Of a stretch of 64,000 nucleotides of DNA, positions 1 through 11,300 are shown piece by piece. How positions within the stretch are numbered: position 1 is the first letter of the stretch; each line of letters starts with the position of its first letter. This DNA is from Vitrella brassicaformis CCMP3155 (taxonomy: Eukaryota > Protista > Chromerida). A program made the position numbers and the translations under genes. Under the pieces are notes generated by a model that did no database searches, was not told the origin of the DNA, and was given only the letters and a program-made list of their open reading frames with translations. Where the stretch lies: contig CDMY01000275.1 in the NCBI GenBank assembly GCA_001179505.1, positions 62,001-126,000 on the forward strand, given 5' to 3'.

Positions 1-717
1 GACAGCAAGCCCGACTGCGTCAAGGGGGGGTGAGATAGATGAGTGAGTGTATATGATGTGAGGGCTCCATCTTGTGTTTATTCGCAGCGGCTGGTTAATA
101 TGTGAGGGCTGGGCGGGGGATGATGTGTGTTGATGTTGACGACCGACGCGACCATGGATCAGACAAGGATGAGTAGGACCTCTGTGTGTGTGTGTGAGGG
201 TGGGTAAACGGTAGGCGGGACTCTCAAGCCAGATTTGCCACAAGCTCGCTGAAGAATTCTGTTCACTCACTGCGCTGGACATTCCGGAATCCCTCATGTA
301 GACAGCACACCCACATACACACACACGTGGCTGCCCTCACTGCACTGTGGTAATATATAAGAAACTGACCAGACGGCGCAAAGTGGCCTGCCGGTCGCCT
401 TAAGCCCTCAGGACATACAGCCTACACGCACATCACACAGCAGGCAGACGAGTAGAGCATCGATCTGTAGGGCCTAACTAATAAAGCGTAAATAAAGCAC
501 AAACAGGCAGACAGGCAGGCAGGCAAAGATCACTAAGTTCGACACGTCACAGCACGGCACCAGATGTGCATATCCTCTCTCTGATACACTCTGCTCCCTT
601 GATCGATCGCACAACGCACCGACTAACAAATGACGCAATCACTGCTTCACTGAATGAATGCACACATAACACGCACACACACACACACGCCATACCACCG
701 TCTGTCTGCCCGCCCCC

Positions 718-1418
718 TCACGCCACAAGTCGCTTTCTCAGCTGCTTCATCTTGGCATCGACTTCCTCCACCCGGGCCACCTTCTGTGTCATTGTCGTGT
801 TGCTATCGCTGAGGATGGCCTCCCTCGTGTGCTGCCAGGCACTCTTGTCCAGCTCAGCCATCAGCCGCACCGCATCACTCAGCCGATCCAGCTCAGCCTT
901 GTCCGTCACATCATGGGCTTTGATGGCCTCGATACCCGCGTTGAGCGCATCAGTCGCCTTCTGGTTGTCCGCTCGCAGCGCATCGGTGGCCGCCTTAATC
1001 TCCGCTTGCACAGTCTCATTACTCGGCAGCGTAGCAACGTTGGCAGCCAGGTTGTTGTTGTCGCCTCTGATGGCGTCGATGTCCGTCTTCAGCGCATAGA
1101 CGCCGCGGTCGGCTCTGAGTGCGACGCTGTCGGCTTTGATGGCCTCAATGTCCTTCTGCAGGGCGGTGATATCCGACTTGAACTGCCAGGTGAGGTACAG
1201 AATGAGGGCGAAGACGGCGACTACTGCGACGGAGCCGCAGCAATTGATGGGAAGAAGCTGGTCGCTGACGTGCTTGTTGACGCGCTTCTCCAGTGCTTTC
1301 AGCTGCTCCCCGGCATCGGCGGCATCGACGGACAGCGCAGGCATATAGGGCACAGGTGTTCCCTCCGTTGCGGGAGGGGCACTCGCCTCGACGTCGGGAT
1401 ACGCACAGGACACACAGC
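718..1418 (-). CDS. Single-pass membrane protein with C-terminal coiled coil, long paralog (start uncertain)
   Basis: Open frame AYPDVEASAPP...hydrophobic SVAVVAVFALILYLTW...heptad-rich tail ending KQLRKRLVA*. It lacks the ATG seen at the equivalent position in copy 2. Confidence 0.5.
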
Positions 1419-1932
1419 CTGACAAGCATACCCACATCCACAAGCCTACGCATGAAAGACAAAACGGATGCGTGCGGAGATCTCTGCCCTTACCTCTTCG
1501 TCGAGGGCGTTTGCTTGACAAACAAATACAACCCAACTTGCGACAAAACGGGCGGAGATCATCCCCAAGCTCGCCGTGAAATGCGAAGTCAGTGTGGCCA
1601 GGCCTGCCAGGCCTGTCACCCTGGAGTGAACAGATCTTGTCCTCATCTGTCCAAGAGCCATGACTCGGATCGGAGAAGTGTCGTCGGCGTGTGGTTGGTG
1701 CTGCTGCCGGGGAGCCTGTCTGTCGGCGGTCACCAGCTCTGCAGAAGCAACATGCAGCGGATGGCACACAGGTACATACGTCAGCAGACGGACACACGAG
1801 GCAGGCAGGCAACAATTCATCAAGGGCTTGCGTGTGTGTGCAGTCTGCCTTCGTGCATCTTGGCCGCCCCACGGTGCCCGTCCCCACAGCCTCGTCACTG
1901 CGTCGCATCACCCGCCACGATCGCTTTGTGGC

Positions 1933-2232
1933 NNNNNNNNNNNNNNNNNNNNNNNNNNNNNNNNNNNNNNNNNNNNNNNNNNNNNNNNNNNNNNNNNNNN
2001 NNNNNNNNNNNNNNNNNNNNNNNNNNNNNNNNNNNNNNNNNNNNNNNNNNNNNNNNNNNNNNNNNNNNNNNNNNNNNNNNNNNNNNNNNNNNNNNNNNNN
2101 NNNNNNNNNNNNNNNNNNNNNNNNNNNNNNNNNNNNNNNNNNNNNNNNNNNNNNNNNNNNNNNNNNNNNNNNNNNNNNNNNNNNNNNNNNNNNNNNNNNN
2201 NNNNNNNNNNNNNNNNNNNNNNNNNNNNNNNN
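1933..2232. other. Assembly gap (300 N)
   Basis: Run of n characters. Confidence 1.
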
Positions 2233-2563
2233 CCTGCCGGTCGCCTTAAGCCCTCAGGACATACAGCCTACACGCACATCACACAGCAGGCAGACGAGTA
2301 GAGCATCGATCTGTAGGGCCTAACTAATAAAGCGTAAATAAAGCACAAACAGGCAGACAGGCAGGCAGGCAAAGATCACTAAGTTCGACACGTCACAGCA
2401 CGGCACCAGATGTGCATATCCTCTCTCTGATACACTCTGCTCCCTTGATCGATCGCACAACGCACCGACTAACAAATGACGCAATCACTGCTTCACTGAA
2501 TGAATGCACACATAACACGCACACACACACACACGCCATACCACCGTCTGTCTGCCCGCCCCC

Positions 2564-3031
2564 TCACGCCACAAGTCGCTTTCTCAGCTGCTTCATCTTG
2601 GCATCGACTTCCTCCACCCGGGCCACCTTCTGTGTCATTGTCGTGTTGCTATTGCCGAGGATGGCCTCCCTCGTGTGCTGCCAGGCACTCTTGTCCAGCT
2701 CGGCTATCAGCCGCACCGCATCACTCAGCCGATCCAGCTCAGCCTTGTCCGTCACATCATGGGCTTTGATGGCGTCAAGGTCCTTCTGCAGGGCGGTGAT
2801 ACCCGGCAAGATGAGGAAGACAATGAAGGACAAGACGAGGATTAGTGTCGCGAAGGAGCCAAAGCAGATGTCCCCGATGACATGCCAGCGGATATCGTTG
2901 ACGCGCTTCTCCAGCGCTTTCAGCTGCTCGCCGGCATCGGCGGCATCAGCAGACGGCGCAGGCACATAGGGCACAGGTGTTTCCTCCGTTGCGGGAGGGG
3001 CACTGGCCTCGACGTCGGGATACGCCACCAT
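2564..3031 (-). CDS. Single-pass membrane protein with C-terminal coiled coil, short paralog
   Basis: ATG at 3031 (MVAYPDVEASAPP), TM segment FGSFATLILVLSFIVFLILP, and the same coiled-coil C-terminus as copy 1. Confidence 0.6.
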   Translation of the reverse strand: MVAYPDVEASAPPATEETPVPYVPAPSADAADAGEQLKALEKRVNDIRWHVIGDICFGSFATLILVLSFIVFLILPGITALQKDLDAIKAHDVTDKAELDRLSDAVRLIAELDKSAWQHTREAILGNSNTTMTQKVARVEEVDAKMKQLRKRLVA

Positions 3032-3540
3032 TACAGGACACACAGAGCCTGACGAACACACCCACATCCACAAGGCATGAGGCAAGCATGACAGACAGAA
3101 TGGATGCGTGCGGAGATTTCTGCCCTCACGTACCTCTTTGTCGACACCGAATACAACCCAACCTGCGATAAAACGGGCGATGGTGCTGCTCTTGCTCGTA
3201 CCTCTGCAGCGAACAGCGGACAGGAGGCGCAGGGAAACAGGCGGTGGTGTCGGTGTTCCTACTCTTTGCTATTGAACAATTCATCGACTTGCCTGTCTGT
3301 TTGGCTCTCTGTATCCTCTCCTCAACCTCGTCAGGCCTCACAGGCAGATCTATCTTTAAGGGAGAGGCTGCCCTGGGGGGAGCAGGGTAAGCTCGCAGAT
3401 GTTGCTGAGCTTGCAGTGAAAACCGCTGAAAATATCTCTTCCCTCCGAGAAGGAAGGTGAGAAGGACCTCAGAGTGACAGCCCATATCGCTGCCGAGGAG
3501 ATCTGATTCATTCTCTGTGTGTATGATGTTCCTCGAAGGT

Positions 3541-4565
3541 ATGTCTTCACTTGTTGTCGTCGTGGTCGCTCTCTCGGCCATCCTTCGTGGTCATGCCCAT
3601 CGTGTGCGAGATCCAGCATTCCTTGCCAGCTTCCTGCACCCTCCGCCGGACAGTACTGCCATCTCCCTCTCATCCACAGCAAAGACAGCGCTGAGAGGGA
3701 CACCCCAGACGTCCTCCAACGCGAGATCTCTGGCAGATCCGATCTCGGTACGACTCTCAGGGTGTCACTGCCCGGGAGGCCTGCCGCGCTACGAGTGACT
3801 GTGTCTGTGTGTGTCTGTGTATGCTCAGGTGCCTGCTGACCGTGGCCGTGATGATCCTCAGCCACACGAAGCTGAGCCTTTGGTGAGGGGTTGGAAGCGC
3901 CCCGCCCCTAACCGAATCTTACTCAGCAAGGAGCACATCGAGCGCATTAACGAGGCTTTTCGCGAGCCCGAGAAGTTCAGCGGTGGTCTCGTGTCACTCA
4001 AGGCCAATCTCTACGGCGAGTTCGTGTGGCGTTTACTTAGCCAGCTGGAGTTTAGAACGGAGGGTCGGGTCCGGACGAAAGGCAATATCACGTACAAGCT
4101 CTGCGAGTATGGTTTGCGCGACCCAAACAAGGACGGATTCTCTATGAAGATATCGGAGTGCGATGACTTCTTGTGTCGTGCGGGGGCGAGAAGGTGCTGT
4201 TTATCATCATGACAGGGGGTCCTCTGAACGGCTGGCGGCACGAGCAGGCCCTGCTGAAGCGGCTGGTGGCTGACGGACTAGTTCACGGCTTTGTGACGGA
4301 CGGCTCGACCTGGGTTGTCGTCAACATCGATTATCACGACGAGGAGAAGCGGCTGTATTTCGAGGCCGAGAAGCTGTTGTTTCTGCCGGCTGACCCGCAG
4401 CGTGTGATGGACCATATTGTGGATGTGATTGAGAAACAGAGGAGAGGCGATGCGAATTGAAATGTGTATCACGAAACGGGAAAGACTCCGTCGGGGGAGC
4501 CTTGTTTGGTTTACACGAGTAATGTCGAGAGGCTACGGAAGCTAGTAATGGATACGACAGAGTGA
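3541..4565 (+). pseudogene. Disrupted paralog of the 20609-21835 gene (signal peptide plus restriction-endonuclease-like fold)
   Basis: Collinear with the intact minus-strand copy. It has a 1-nt deletion at 4170/4171 (GAC TTC -TT GTG vs GAC GTC ATT GTG) and an in-frame TGA at 4458-4460 where the paralog has TGG. Probable intron 3748-3828. Confidence 0.75.
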
Positions 4566-5171
4566 TTTTCTCGGGAGATTTTTTCTGTATGTGCATGTGC
4601 ATGTCGAGTAAGTTTGTGTTTCTCCGTGTCACTCACTCCCTGCGTGTGTGTATCGTGTGTTTATCTGTGTGAGATCCAACGCGTACATCCGCCGTGTTGT
4701 GTCCGTCTGTCGCTGTCTGTCTGTCTGTCTGTCTCTCTGTCTGTCTCTCTGCCGTGTGTGGCTTGTACGTGTTGATAGACATATACATAGCTGATGCGGG
4801 TGTGATACTTGAAGGCTGACCAATCGGGCAATTGAATGTCATTCCATATCGATACATACAGAAAGGCATACACTCATACAGGCATACATGCATACAGTCA
4901 TCACATCGCACATAGACGACTGTAAGCCGACTTGCGAGGAGAGAGAGGGAAAATGACAGTGGGATGAATGGTTCTCCGAATCCACAGATCCCGGCACAGC
5001 TGGCCTCCCTCGTGCGTCCTGCAAACCCCCGGACCTTGAAGCAGAAAAGGTCGCAATTGGTCCTTCTTCTCTCGTCACGCACTCCGAGATCGCAGCTGTC
5101 TTCTTCCCTTGTCGCCTTCAAAGATCTGAAGATCTCGCCTGCGCCGCCGCTTTCCTTTCTTTGGCTGGTGC

Positions 5172-6174
5172 ATGATGCCGTCTGATCTGGTGAAGGGAGC
5201 CGCGACCGATGATGCAGCCAACGGGCAAGATCAGCCGACATCTTCGCCCGCCTCATCGCCCCAGATCAGAGCCATCACATTCGACTTGGATGGTACGGCG
5301 CGCACACACGGACGCACGCCCACAATGAGGCGGGGGTGCTTTGTTGATGGGGTATTTCCTCGTCCGTCCGTCTGTGAATGTATGCAGATACGCTGTGGTC
5401 TTGCACACCGATCATCGTGTCGGCGCTGTCGGCGTTGCGCGAGTTTCTCACAAGTCGCTACCCCTCCATCACCCAGACATACACCCTTGAGGCGATGCGT
5501 GCCGTCGAGAAGAGGGTCAAGGGCGAGAGGCCGGCGCTGGTCCATGACATGACAGCCAGCAAGAGGGCCATGCTCCGCGAATGCGCTATCGGGGCCGGCT
5601 ACGAACACCAGTGCGACCAAATCGCTGACGAGGTGGGGCAGCACAGTCGATTGCAGCGGATCTAATGTGATGTATGTGTGTGTGTCCTGTGTCGTTCGTG
5701 CAGGCGATAGAGGTTTTCCTGGCTCACCGCAACGCGGTGGAACATCATTTGTTCGAGGGTTGCACTGACTTGCTGCACAGGTGTCAGGCGCTCGGTCTCC
5801 GGATAGGCACCGTCACCAACGGCAACGCCGACCCTGAGCGCATTCCCTTCCTCCAGCCGTTCGTGTCGGTCCACGTGTGCGCCGCCCACGTCAACGCGTC
5901 GAAGCCCTCGCCGCTGCCCTTCCTGCGCGCCTGCGAGCTCCTCGAGTGTCACCCGTCTCAAGTGCTGCACGTGGGCGACTCGATAGAGAACGACGTGGTG
6001 CCTGCGCGGCAGGTTGGCATGAGGACGGTGTACATACCTTACCCACGGGATAGTGGGAGTGGTGATGGTGTGAAGAATGGCGACGGCAGTGGCCAGCAGT
6101 GTGCGCCTGACTATGTGTTCGGCACGCTGACGAGCTTCTGTGAGGGTCTGCAGGGCATCGTGCAGGGGGCATAA
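5172..6174 (+). CDS. HAD-superfamily hydrolase, subfamily IA (YigB/HDHD-like)
   Basis: Spliced motif I FDLDDTLW, motif II TVTNGN, motif III SKP and motif IV HVGDSIEND. Two GT-AG introns. Start uncertain. Confidence 0.9.
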
Positions 6175-6891
6175 TGCTGGTCGGTGTGTGTCGAGTGACT
6201 TTTGCATGGTTTGATTTTCAGATCATCTGAATGATGGATGGACAATCCACGTTGCATGAAGGTGTGGTGGTGATACTGGTGCATACCGCTGAATGTGGCT
6301 GGCCTGATGAGACTCTTTCAGTAATCAATCGCGCATATATAAAGAGTCTCATTCATCGATGCATCCATTCACCCAGCTCGCCCATCCATCCATGAGTTGT
6401 ACTTTGCAAGCTTGGGGGCAACGCTTCGCTTAACTCTTTACCGATCACACGTGCGTCCACATGTTGCGGACAGGCACGAGAGCAGACAGACAGACAGACA
6501 GGCAAAGTAGAGCTCACGAGACACGCGAAACGCCGGCATTTTTCCGGCGGATCGTAACGTACGTAACTAACAAATCAGGCGTTCATTCTATCGTACGAGA
6601 CACACAGACAGACACCTCACTCAAAGCTTTGTCCATTCGCCAATCCATGTATGGCAACACGCACCCACGTCGACTTGACTCGGTGTGTGCTGGTGCATGT
6701 CACGCACTCGTTCACTGTCCACGTCATGCTCTCTCACGCCCTGATGTCGCTGCACTTTTTGTCTTTGTCGTCCGTGATGGTGTCCTCAACATTTTGAGGG
6801 AAGGTCAGCACATACCTACGCACATTCACCGACCGACAAACGACGTGTGCTTCCATGCAGTGGCCGATTGCCTCATGTATGTGTCTGCTTC

Positions 6892-8246
6892 TCACCGCAG
6901 ATACACTCGTGTCTTATTGATGGGCACGCCATCCTCGTCCACGAGGTTGGTCTCTTCAATGACACCCCTCGCCAAGCCCTTGCCAAAGTTCTCCGACACG
7001 GCCTCGCCTGACGGCGATGACACAACGACAGCGTTTTCGGCAGTGCCGTGGTTGTGCTGACTCACTGCTCAAAATGCCGAAGACATTCAGTGGAACCTCA
7101 GGGGCGAGCTCCGATCTGACGAATCAATCACGGCAAGCCACACCCACTCATCCATCCATCCATCTTGTTGTTGTGTGTGGCTTTCGACCGCTTAAAGCCT
7201 GGCACGCCAATGGTGAGCTCCCTGTCGAAGAATTGCGAGGTGTCGACCACCTCGCCGTCCACCACCAGCTTCTGCTCGCCCGCAATGAAGCCGCTGCCCG
7301 GCGAGACCTCAACAAAGTCGGCACCGGGGATGTCGTCAGCGAACTTTCCAGCAACCGCCCCGCCCGTTGGGAACACCACTGCGACGCCATCAGCAATGAA
7401 CTCGGCGTTGGAGACAGGAATCTTGCCCTGGAGCGAGTCAGCAGTCCACTTCATGCATGTGACTGGTCCGATGACGATGCCCACCCCTATCACTGACTGA
7501 CCTGTAGGTTCTTGAGCTTCGGTTGGCCCTGGACGTCGATGGCATAGACAGCCAGGGTCGGGCGGTACGACCAGAGGAATACGAAGGCATCGGAGGGGCT
7601 GCCTTCTGGGATGTCGACTGTGATGGAATTGACCGGCTCGGTGGCCACCTCTGGGTCGATTTTTACGCCATACTGAGGAGAAAGGATTACGGCGGGAGGA
7701 CAAGGTGCGACAATGCTGCCCCTTCTGTCGTTCTCTACTGTTTTCGTACCTGCTCCTCTGCAAAGTCGTACAGAAAAGTACGAAACTCCAATGTGTTCTT
7801 CTCCTCGGTGATGTTGTCGAACACCGTAAATCGAAAAGGGACCTGTGAGACAAAGAAGGGGGGGCCCGTTATCGAGAGGGAAGCGTGCATTAACCGTAAC
7901 ACTCGTCTGTGTGTCCGTGATACTCATACATCGTTGTGTATCACTGGGACCATCGTGTTCATGCAGACGAGGAAGGGCCCACCTGCTCTCCGAAGCGGGG
8001 GTCGCTGAAGTCGATCACCGCGTCGGTCCCGTACACTATGGTGACGTCGTAAATGCGCTCGGGGTTCTCGCAGTTGCTGCCGTCGCCCTCGCCCTCCTCA
8101 CGGTTGGTGAGGAAAGCCAAAAGGGCGGAAAGGGGATCTGCCCGGTCCGCGGGGTGAGATACATCGGGGTCCGCGCGGCCGGGCCCGTACAGGCTGGCGG
8201 CAGCCACCAGCACGAACAATGGAAGGACGACGGAAAGCTGAGGCAT
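6892..8246 (-). CDS. Secreted hypothetical protein, multi-exon (3' end uncertain; may extend by one more exon)
   Basis: Signal-peptide-like MPQLSVVLPLFVLVAAASLYG at 8246. Successive minus-strand ORFs are bounded by GT/AG sites. No family recognised. Confidence 0.6.
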
Positions 8247-8359
8247 CCTCTGGGCCGCACGGAGGCACAGTGTTTGTACGCTGTGTCTGTCAACGGCAGC
8301 CGGTAAACTTTGGCCAGGACTGTTTACATGAATGTCTGTCTGTCTGCCTGGCTGCCTAT

Positions 8360-11300
8360 TCATTCATCAGATGTGATGATTCCCAGCTGCCGCAGCTCCT
8401 CGGCAATCTGCCAATGCAAGACCTTCTTCCTCGCCCAATCACCCACCACCACCCACACAGCCAACAGCACACACAGCACCGCACCCACACACACCACCAA
8501 CATGGCCCTCTGCTGCTCGATGCGCCATCTGGCCGAGAGGCGTATGAAGAGCTCGCCGCCCTCCCACGGCAGTGGGTCGTCCGTTGGCCCGACGGTGAGA
8601 GGGATGTCCGTGCCGTCGGCCTGCTCGTGCACAACGGCGATGGATGTGGGCAGCCGACCCCACTCATCAACCAACACCAACACATTGGGGCCCTGACGCA
8701 GCCTGGTAGACAGTCAGACATACGGACGAATGGATGGATGGATGGGTGAGCGATGGGACGACAGCGTGTATGTGCCGATGTGTGTGTGTACCAGTCTGCC
8801 GGGATGTGCAGGCGTTGCTGTGACAGCTCGCCCGCACCCACCCTGACGACACACAGACACAATCACACGCTAATAAGGCGATGAATGTCTGCCTCCTCCA
8901 GTGGCCTGCCTGACTGCCTGACTGTCTGCCGACCTGCCTCACCTGCAGTGGGGATTGACGGGGCTCCACTCCCAGTCGGGGCACTTGGGGGCCTCATGGT
9001 GCTGGCGCCGCGAACGACGACCTGAGGTGGCGGGGGCAGGTGGGTTCTTGATGCGCCAGTAACGACCTGATGGGACGATGGACAAGAATGACCGACACAT
9101 ACATAGGTAGTGCATTCCGTTCGCATCGCATCGATCGCATCAGCCAGTTAGTCAGGCCAGCCAGTGTCTCTCTCGTCTCGCTTAGCTTACCAAGTGGGCG
9201 TCCGTTGATATAGACGAATCCTTTGTAGAGAGAGGGAAGGGGCGCGGCAGCAGCGCCGCCCACGAGGGACAATGACGATGCGTTGGCATCGTCGAAGAGC
9301 ACCAGGCTGTACCTGCCTTTTACCAGGTCGATGGGCTCATCAACGGACACCTCTACCTGGGACCTGCATTCACACAAACGCATCACGCACCTGCGTAGGA
9401 TCTCTCATCGGCTCACCACAGGGGCAGTCCATCTCGCCATGCATTTGCCCCACTCGTCGTGTTCCCTCCTGCCGTCCACTCGTCGGCCGAGAAGTTGGTG
9501 GAGAGTTTGAGCCTCTCGCCTTGCAGCCCGGCGCGGTGAATCCAGCCATACATCCGCAGCTGCTCCCGCCCCCCAGCGCCTTTTGGTGGGCTGATGATGG
9601 GCACTCCTCCCCAAATGCCCACTGGTGAGAAGACGGAGCCCACCCACGGCCAGGAGAGGCCCATGCACACCGACAGAATGGCGATCTGGTTGAAGTGGGA
9701 GGGAATAGACAGACGGACGGCGGGCGGCTGAGGTTGTTGGCCTTTGCTGTTGGGGGTGGGCTGGTGGTCAATGGGCGTCCATGTGGTGAGGGGCGTGCCG
9801 TCGATGAACACCTGGAGTGCGTCGGGCTCGCTCATCTCGGGCAGCAGCAGCTCCAGCCTCGAGTGCTTCTTCCGCCACTTGCCGATCTGGCTCGCAATCG
9901 ACGTTCCCGAAGTGTGGTTCATCTGCCACACATACCTGCACACACACACACACACACACACGCACACACGTGTCATTCCCCCTCCTGTCTGCCCTGCCTG
10001 GCTCTCACACTGACCACATGGCGTCGGTGTATCCGAGTGTGAGAATCATCTGCGACTGGGGCACCTCGAACAGCACCGACCCGCCCCGCACCAGACACTG
10101 CCGCACCGCCGCCCAGTCGTCCCCGGTGAGGGTGTTGGGTGCGTCCGCCCAGAAGACCCGCTCCCGCAGGAAGGCCTCATGGCGCAGCTCGGGCGAGAAG
10201 TACCTGTAGTTGCTGAGGGGCTCGTCACGCACGCGGCTGAAGTCAACCATCGACTCGCGAAATACCAAAGGGCCTTCACTTGACGGTGGATGAAGGAAGC
10301 AACACACACACACATAGAGCAGTCCATCACCGCACCGGTCTCTGTCATCGATGGCTCACTGTCTCACCTAGGGCGGAACACCCCTTTCTGAATGACCCGT
10401 GTCCCACCACCACCAGCAGCTCCGGCACTCTCCTCAGTGTCCATCCCTCTCAGTCTCAGCTCGCCGGGCTCGATGTCGGCTGTGAGGTGTCCGTGTGTGG
10501 TGGTGGTGGGCTGCCGCCTGAATATCTTCCATGGCTTCACAAAGATGGATGGATGCGTGTGGGGGGCCGGCTTGGGCGACGGGAGCTTGAACGATATGTG
10601 GGAGCTGTTGTACACCATCGTGTCGAGATGACGGTCGAACACGACTACCGTCCTGGTGGGATCCACAACACACACACATGGAGACAGCCACGCCTTTCTT
10701 GCAGCCATATACGGCTCACCTGGGTGTGATGTGCAGAGAGTGCCCGCGCCACTTGACTCGTGAGCTCTTGGGGCTGCCGGTGTTAATTAAGAAGGCCACA
10801 GGTCCCCAGTCGAGGGCGTATGTGTGGTCGCCGCCCCTGCCCTTGACGTCCTTGAGAGGCGTTCGGGCGGGAGGCATCGCTACCGTGGTGGGCATCCGCG
10901 GGTGCCGCTCCATCAACACGTCACTGTACATGTGCAGCACCGCATTCAGATGCAACAGATGCTGCACAAACAGACAGACGGAGAGAGAGAGAGAGAGGTG
11001 CCACCGTCCATCCATCCGTCGATCGGTCTTCTGTAGTCTGTCTGTCATCGCACCTACCTGGAATTTGGGCGTTCTCGCGAATGCGTATTCGTCGAGAGCA
11101 AAGGCGAAGTCATATGAGGTCGGCACCAGACGACCCGCAGACCGCCGATGGAAATTCGAACCTGAGAAACAAACACCACACCACACACACGCCTTCCTGC
11201 CTGCCTGACTCTCGTTAGTTAGACAGTTCGTTCTGGCTTCCCTTCTACCTCCGGCCCATAGATGATAGTTCATGACTGTGCCGCCCTTGGCAAACCACTC

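Larger units (their letters stand above)
387..3180. repeat. Tandem segmental duplication (copy 1 about 387-1555, copy 2 about 2233-3180, offset 1846 nt in the 3' part), separated by an assembly gap
   Basis: The sequence from 387 (cctgccggtcgccttaagccctcagg...) recurs at 2233. ORFs 566/2412 and 718/2564 are offset by exactly 1846. Both copies keep an upstream minus-strand intron (1419-1493 and 3049-3133). Confidence 0.9.

Noticed and set aside
4458-4460. In-frame TGA at a conserved Trp as evidence of UGA recoding or selenocysteine
   Set aside because: The same copy also has a frameshift, and TGA serves as the normal stop in many genes here. Pseudogenisation is simpler.
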